From: Candidatus Aenigmatarchaeota archaeon
Lineage (GTDB): Archaea; Aenigmatarchaeota; Aenigmatarchaeia; CG10238-14; SCSR01
DNA: 64,000 bases
Reading direction: 5' to 3'
Assembly (NCBI GenBank): GCA_030615205.1
Contig: JAUWZS010000001.1
Span: forward strand, 10,019-74,018
A program made the position numbers and the translations under genes. Below are positions 59,300-64,000 of this stretch, piece after piece (position 1 is the stretch's first letter; the number at the start of each line of letters is the position of its first letter). The notes beneath the pieces are model-generated. The model was not told the DNA's origin and ran no database searches. It saw only the letters and a list, made by a program, of their open reading frames with translations.

Positions 59300-59866
59300 A
59301 TGAAAATCGTAGCAGAATATTCTTTTAAGGGTGGGAAAGAATTTATAGAAAAAAATCATTTAGCCGAGCTTAAAGAAATTAAAGAGGTTGTATCTTCAGT
59401 TGATGCACCATCTTGCAAAACAAAGGAAAGTAAAGAAAAAACTATGAAAGGTAGAATGTTGTATTCTCCGATAAAGTTAAATAATATCTTTTTTGATGGG
59501 TTCAAAAAAAGAGGGTGGAATACGGTTAGAATTCAAGTTAATACCACTGTTCCTGAAATAAACAAGACACATAAAGGATTCAGGGAAATCGACATGATAA
59601 AAAATAAATTGGGTGTAGAAATCCAATTTGGAAAGTATGCCTTTATGGTATATAATGTTTCAGCGAAGATGACAATCTTTTCGAAACAAAGTATAATCGA
59701 TTCAGGTGTAGAAATAGTACCTATGTTAAGTTTGGCGAAAGAAATGTCAACTGGTGTATCTTATTTCGAACAGATGAAAACAGATTTGGAGATGAGGGGT
59801 GAAAGTGATATTGATATACCAGTCCTAATTTTGGGCATTGACAAAGATAAATTGAATAAACAATAG
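59300..59866 (+). CDS. BglII/BstYI-family type II restriction endonuclease
   Basis: REIDMIKNKLGVEIQFGKYAF resembles BglII TDIDFGKRDTLVEVQFSNYPF (D-x9-E-x-Q). TGVSYFEQMKTDL resembles SSLYYEQAQNQL, and IDIPVLILGI resembles FDVPIRLVGL. The BglII sequence is recalled from memory. Confidence 0.8.
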   Translation: MKIVAEYSFKGGKEFIEKNHLAELKEIKEVVSSVDAPSCKTKESKEKTMKGRMLYSPIKLNNIFFDGFKKRGWNTVRIQVNTTVPEINKTHKGFREIDMIKNKLGVEIQFGKYAFMVYNVSAKMTIFSKQSIIDSGVEIVPMLSLAKEMSTGVSYFEQMKTDLEMRGESDIDIPVLILGIDKDKLNKQ

Positions 59867-60715
59867 TTACTTCTTTACTTCAAATTTAGTAAAATCTCCA
59901 AGTTTTCTTTGTTCGATATATTTTTTCAATCTGCCCCAAGTAACATCAATATATTTTTTCTTTGTTTCTGCACCTATAACTCTTCTACCTAATCTCAACG
60001 CTACTACGGCGGTAGTTCCAGAACCCAAGAATGGGTCAAATACCCAATCATCTCTTTTAGTAGTAGCTAAAATGATTCTCTCTATAAGAGCTTCAGGATA
60101 TTGAGCAGGATGTAAAGTCTTTTCAGGGATGTTAGCATGTACGTTTGAAATATCCCACACATCGCCAGGATTCTTACCCAAAGGGTGAGACGATACTTTA
60201 CCCTTATTTGGGCCCTTGTAAGCTTTTTTCTTAGGATATAGTTGTGGTACTCGAATATCATCCAAGTTAAAAATATAATTATCAGATTTTGTGAACCATA
60301 ACACAGTTTCATATCTTCCAGAAAGTCTCTTTTTAGCATGTAAACCATGACGGAAATGCCACACGATTCGATTGCGTAATTTCATTCCTAGGTTTTTGAA
60401 AATAGGATATAATAAAGTATCTAGAGGTATTATTTCGCCCTTATTTATATAATTCCCGACTTCCCAACATATACTTCCATTCTCTGCGAGTATTTTGTGG
60501 CATTTATTTATTATTTCTTGATGCCATTTTACATAATCATCTAGACTCATTATTTTTTCATATTCTTTGCCAATATTGTAGGGCGGTGATGTAACTATAA
60601 GAGTAACAAATTCTTTGGGAATTTCTTTCATTAATTCTTTACAATCCCCATGAAAAATTACCAAGTTCACTCTTGGATCAAATGTTTTCGCGACTTTAAT
60701 AGAAGTATTTTTCAT
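59867..60715 (-). CDS. beta-class N4-cytosine/N6-adenine DNA methyltransferase
   Basis: TSPPYNIG (motif IV) lies N-terminal and DPFLGSGTTAVVA (motif I) lies C-terminal. It sits tail-to-tail with the endonuclease gene with no spacer. Confidence 0.9.
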   Translation of the reverse strand: MKNTSIKVAKTFDPRVNLVIFHGDCKELMKEIPKEFVTLIVTSPPYNIGKEYEKIMSLDDYVKWHQEIINKCHKILAENGSICWEVGNYINKGEIIPLDTLLYPIFKNLGMKLRNRIVWHFRHGLHAKKRLSGRYETVLWFTKSDNYIFNLDDIRVPQLYPKKKAYKGPNKGKVSSHPLGKNPGDVWDISNVHANIPEKTLHPAQYPEALIERIILATTKRDDWVFDPFLGSGTTAVVALRLGRRVIGAETKKKYIDVTWGRLKKYIEQRKLGDFTKFEVKK

Positions 60716-60987
60716 TTACGCACCTTTTTATTTTTAGCCAGTTCTTTAAAAGCTTTATCCAACGATTTTAACTTGTACACTCTCTTTCTTGCATCCTTCG
60801 GGTCAAAATTCACTTTCAACCAACCAAGTTTTCTAAGCTCAGAGAGTGCAACGTTGAGCGAACCTTGATTGTCCTTCAAAATCTTCTTAGCAGTCCCAAA
60901 ATCAAACTCTTTAGTCTTGAGTTTAGACCACAATATCGCGTATCTTTTCATTAGCCATCTTGGGAGAGGTTTTGCCATCAAGAACAC
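60712..60987 (-). CDS. winged-helix protein upstream of the methyltransferase (possible R-M controller)
   Basis: 91 aa with FGTAKKILKDNQGSLNVALSELRKLGWLKV. It overlaps the MTase start by 4 nt. Confidence 0.6.
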   Translation of the reverse strand: MFLMAKPLPRWLMKRYAILWSKLKTKEFDFGTAKKILKDNQGSLNVALSELRKLGWLKVNFDPKDARKRVYKLKSLDKAFKELAKNKKVRK

Positions 60988-61029
60988 CTAAGTAATTGCT
61001 AATTATATTAAAAAGGATAAATAAATAGA

Positions 61030-61839
61030 TTACTCTCCATAGGCCAGCAATATCTTATTTATTAGCCCATGTAGTTTTTTCCAGTTTCCAACTCTCTCAG
61101 ATGCGACACTAACAAGATACTTGTAAGCCTCATCTAACCATTTTCGTGCTTTTGAATTTAAAATTACTCTCAAGTACAGGTGATGCTGGCTAATCATATC
61201 ATTACTAAACCTTCGATATACTCCACTAGCTAATTTTTGCTTTTTAATGTGCCAGGCTAGTGGTGCCCTTCTTTCAACCCTTAATACAAGCGAGTTCAGC
61301 TCTTTTAAATTCAAAGATTTTCTCTTGCGTGTTCCTTTAAGGAGCATTAAACTTTTCATGTCTCTTATGCAGCTTACCATATGCGTATCAAAAAACCCTT
61401 TCACAAAAATAGGATTGAATAAGAAGAGTTTTGAATCAATAATAGTATCGTTTAAGACCATCTCTGTAGAATGTGCTCTGCCCTCTGGAGATCCATTCAA
61501 CAAATAATCCTCTCCCAATACATCATATCTGAACCAGTCACCAATTGAATCGGCTTTTAACGTCGGGTGCAGAAGTTCGTGTCCAGTGAGATATGTGAGC
61601 CTATTTATTAATGTTTCTTTCTTACATCTTGGATCGAAGAATAAGGGAGGCTCCAAACATATTTTAACACCTCTGAATTTCTCTGCAGATGATGTTTCAT
61701 AGGCCCACATAGGCAAGTATTCAACCTGTATATTATTTTGGTTGCAGAGAGCTGCAACATTATTTACAATTTCCTTTAAATCTACACCTACTTCTTTTGC
61801 CCAATTTCTGACTAGACTATCTATTAATACTTTATTCAT
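61030..61839 (-). CDS. HExxH putative zinc metallopeptidase (ImmA/IrrE-like context)
   Basis: LTGHELLHPTL. The start is taken at MNKVLIDS (61839), which forms an ATGA overlap with the upstream wHTH gene; the track start is 61914. Confidence 0.55.
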   Translation of the reverse strand: MNKVLIDSLVRNWAKEVGVDLKEIVNNVAALCNQNNIQVEYLPMWAYETSSAEKFRGVKICLEPPLFFDPRCKKETLINRLTYLTGHELLHPTLKADSIGDWFRYDVLGEDYLLNGSPEGRAHSTEMVLNDTIIDSKLFLFNPIFVKGFFDTHMVSCIRDMKSLMLLKGTRKRKSLNLKELNSLVLRVERRAPLAWHIKKQKLASGVYRRFSNDMISQHHLYLRVILNSKARKWLDEAYKYLVSVASERVGNWKKLHGLINKILLAYGE

Positions 61840-62153
61840 TTGGCTTCCCTCTTTCTCTGCTCTAATGTGAAAAGTCTTACCTTCTGCATGTGGTTGAATA
61901 TCACATTTAACCAATCGTAAACTTTTCTATTTAATAGAAAAAGCTTGAATTTGCCTCGTTCTTCCGAATGAAGCAGTCCTAGTCTTTCAAAGTCGTTTAG
62001 TGCTCTATTAAGCGATGCCTGGGGTATTCCAAGTGTGCTATTAATCTCCACGGCCGAAAATCTCTTGTCTGGATGATTTCTGAAGAATTCCAGAACTTTT
62101 TGTTTAGTTCCTGTCCCAAAGAATTGGTCATATTCGTATGTTTTATATTTCAT
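61836..62153 (-). CDS. winged-helix DNA-binding protein
   Basis: KVLEFFRNHPDKRFSAVEINSTLGIPQASLNRALNDFERLGLL. Confidence 0.7.
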   Translation of the reverse strand: MKYKTYEYDQFFGTGTKQKVLEFFRNHPDKRFSAVEINSTLGIPQASLNRALNDFERLGLLHSEERGKFKLFLLNRKVYDWLNVIFNHMQKVRLFTLEQRKREAK

Positions 62154-62273
62154 TTAATTCACCAATCACCATCTTTGAATTCCTAATTCTAATTTCAAAT
62201 TCGGAAACATTTAAATAGATAGGGTTGTAAGTTAATATTGAAAACCAACTTTGGAATTAAAAAAGGATAAAGA

Positions 62274-62357
62274 GCCAGTGTGGCCGAACCAGGTAAGGCA
62301 ACCAGTTGCAGGCTGGTATCCTTCGCGGATATGTGGGTTCAAATCCCATCGCTGGCG
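62274..62357 (+). tRNA. class II tRNA (Ser-like body, long variable arm, G73) with an apparent GCA anticodon
   Basis: Acceptor GCCAGTG/CGCTGGC, D region with AACCAGGTA as in the tRNA-Ser at 46989, and a perfect anticodon stem ACCAG/CTGGT. The loop is TTGCAGG, the variable arm is ATCCTTCGCGGATAT, and the T arm is GTGGG-TTCAAAT-CCCAT. Confidence 0.75.
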
Positions 62358-62471
62358 TAAAAGGTCCAATAATCTATATAAGGAGGTTAAAATTAATAAG
62401 CTTGTCTTTCAGACCAAGTAACCATAACATTTATATATATGTAATTACTTATATTATTAGTAATTACATAG

Positions 62472-62996
62472 GTGAATAAGATGATTGAAAGATGTATATT
62501 AGACATAGAAACGGAGAACCTTGATCCGAAGCAGGGGCAAATAGTCTGCATTGGAATAAAAGATTGTGGAAGTGGCAAGAGTACAGTCTTCTATGATGAA
62601 AACGAAGAACAGATGCTGAGAGACTTTCTCAGCTACTTCCACAGAAAGGGGTTCAAGGAAATAATCGGATATAATGTTCTTTTTGACATCAGGTTCATAT
62701 TCGGTAGGTGTCTCAAGTATGGGTTGGTATCGAACGGGTTTTTTACTGCTAGGCACACAGACTTGATGCACATAATGAAATCGGTTAAGCCTGTTTGGAG
62801 CATGAACAGGCCTGGCACGCTCGACGAGTGGACCGAGTTCCTATTCGGTTCTGGCAAGATACGACTGCCTGATAATATTAAGAACTTGTTTGAGCAGGGG
62901 AAAATCAGCCAGATAATACAGTACAACAAGAGAGATGTGGAAATAACCTATCGCCTATGGAAAAGAGTGAACAAGGTGTTGGACAATGGAAACTGA
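62472..62996 (+). CDS. DEDD-type 3'-5' exonuclease (RNase H fold, PolB-exonuclease-like)
   Basis: ILDIETENLD (Exo I), YNVLFDIRF (Exo II) and YNKRDVEITYRLW (Exo III, DEDDy). The track start is GTG at 62472, and an ATG at 62481 is an alternative. Confidence 0.75.
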   Translation: MNKMIERCILDIETENLDPKQGQIVCIGIKDCGSGKSTVFYDENEEQMLRDFLSYFHRKGFKEIIGYNVLFDIRFIFGRCLKYGLVSNGFFTARHTDLMHIMKSVKPVWSMNRPGTLDEWTEFLFGSGKIRLPDNIKNLFEQGKISQIIQYNKRDVEITYRLWKRVNKVLDNGN

Positions 62997-64000
62997 ATGT
63001 AATTCCTGCAAGGGCAAAAACGTAATCAGATACGGGTTTAGAAACAACAAGAAAGGGAAGACCCAGGTTTACATGTGCAAATCGTGCAAGAGGATATTCT
63101 CACAAAATACCACTTTCAGCAAAATGAAACATAGGGAGACAGTCATCACGACTGCTATAGATCTTTATTTCAAGAATGTTTCGTTGAGAAAAATACAAGA
63201 CCATCTACAACAGGTTCACGAAGCAAAAGTAAGCCACGTGACAATTTTGAACTGGGTAAGGAAGTACTCCGAGATAGTTGAAGAGTTTACTGAAAAACTA
63301 AAAGTTGATGGCTCAGATACGATACTAGCAGATGAGATGATGGTTAATGTTAAGGGAAGATGGGTTTGGTTTTGGAGTGTTATGGATAAGAGGACTAAGT
63401 TTATCACATCTACTTGTTTATCAAGAACGAGAACCCTTTCCCACGCTGTTAAACTTTTCAAAGATGCAAAAATAAGAACTAAACATATACCAAAAATCGT
63501 TGTCACTGATGGTATGAATGCTTACATGAAAGCTGTTAGGAAAAATTTCTGGCGATACCCGACCAAGCATATGAGGCTCGTGAAGTTCTGGGATAAAGTT
63601 AACAACAATCCAATTGAAAGATATCATGGTACAGTTCGAGAGCGGACTAAAGTTATGAGAGGCTTCAAGCAAATGAACTCTGCGAACGTAATTATGAGTG
63701 GTTTCATAAACTATTACAACTTTGTCCGCCCGCATATGTCGTTGAACGGCCTTACGCCTGCCCAAGCGTCTGGAATAAATCTCGGATTGAATGGTGGGAA
63801 CAGGTGGAATGAACTCATAAAGTTAGCTGTGGATTATAAAAATGGTGCTTACGAAATACCAAAAGAACACGCAACAGTCACTCACAAACTTAGCACCACG
63901 CCAAGACCTTTCATTGTCAGGATATTTGACAAGGATGGTAAGGAGTTAGACCCGAAAGATTTAGGTTACAAGAAACGTTTCGAAAGTAGGGAAAAGGCTG
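62986..64000 (+). CDS. IS6-family-like DDE transposase with an N-terminal zinc finger (3' end runs off the window)
   Basis: Hand translation: METECNSCKGKNVIRYGF...YMCKSCKRIF...ADEMMVNVKG...VVTDGMNAY...NNPIERYHGTVRER. The spacing between the second D and E is 34 aa. The frame is open to position 64000 and is absent from the ORF track because there is no stop. Confidence 0.8.
   Translation, partial: METECNSCKGKNVIRYGFRNNKKGKTQVYMCKSCKRIFSQNTTFSKMKHRETVITTAIDLYFKNVSLRKIQDHLQQVHEAKVSHVTILNWVRKYSEIVEEFTEKLKVDGSDTILADEMMVNVKGRWVWFWSVMDKRTKFITSTCLSRTRTLSHAVKLFKDAKIRTKHIPKIVVTDGMNAYMKAVRKNFWRYPTKHMRLVKFWDKVNNNPIERYHGTVRERTKVMRGFKQMNSANVIMSGFINYYNFVRPHMSLNGLTPAQASGINLGLNGGNRWNELIKLAVDYKNGAYEIPKEHATVTHKLSTTPRPFIVRIFDKDGKELDPKDLGYKKRFESREKA

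Larger units (their letters stand above)
56423..64000. mobile_element. putative accessory/mobile island (right boundary outside the window)
   Basis: Content changes abruptly after topA. The region holds a repeat-bounded cassette, an R-M system, a wHTH/HExxH pair, an odd tRNA, an exonuclease and a DDE transposase. No integrase was seen within the window. Confidence 0.45.

Overview
AT-rich archaeal chromosome segment. It carries TFB, a histone, aIF5A, ABCE1, the RpoK/RpoN-uS9-uL13-eL18 cluster, intron-containing tRNAs and isopentenyl phosphate kinase. Many proteins have lysine/arginine-rich tails, the rRNA genes are unlinked and carry insertions, and the metabolic repertoire is small; together these suggest a DPANN-like (Woesearchaeota-type) organism, which is my inference only. 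Most of the window is housekeeping: pyrG, an Obg-like GTPase, ABCE1, cmk, IPK, topoisomerase IB and IA, adkA/ndk, deoxyhypusine synthase, argS, a glmS-glmM-glmU operon with an LmbE-type deacetylase, diphthamide synthase, and a Hef helicase and Hef nuclease encoded as separate genes. Non-routine points follow. (1) 16S, tRNA-Ala and 23S keep their ancestral order and strand but are separated by eight protein genes; 16S has two insertions of about 110 nt and 23S one of about 100 nt. (2) A divergent five-gene cluster of unknown function lies at 6.1-11.3 kb. (3) The 24-25.6 kb spacers contain repeats resembling a tRNA 3' half. (4) An accessory island starts at about 56.4 kb. It holds a 2.7-kb cassette bounded by two copies of the same 30-nt hairpin and rich in TTAACAGA half-sites, and the cassette encodes a protein with collinear TGT/DpdA-like motifs. 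The island also holds a BglII-like R-M pair, a wHTH/HExxH pair, a class-II tRNA with an apparent GCA anticodon, a DEDD exonuclease and an IS6-type DDE transposase that runs off the window. (5) Smaller items: a 1-nt frameshift separates the P-loop from the GTPase gene, an IMPase-like gene is bracketed by inverted and direct repeats next to tRNA-Gly, and a DUF460 nuclease, an archaeosortase-like protein and a coiled-coil protein form a group beside Hef. No CRISPR array, reverse transcriptase or 5S rRNA was seen. All homology calls rest on motif recognition by eye; no searches were run.
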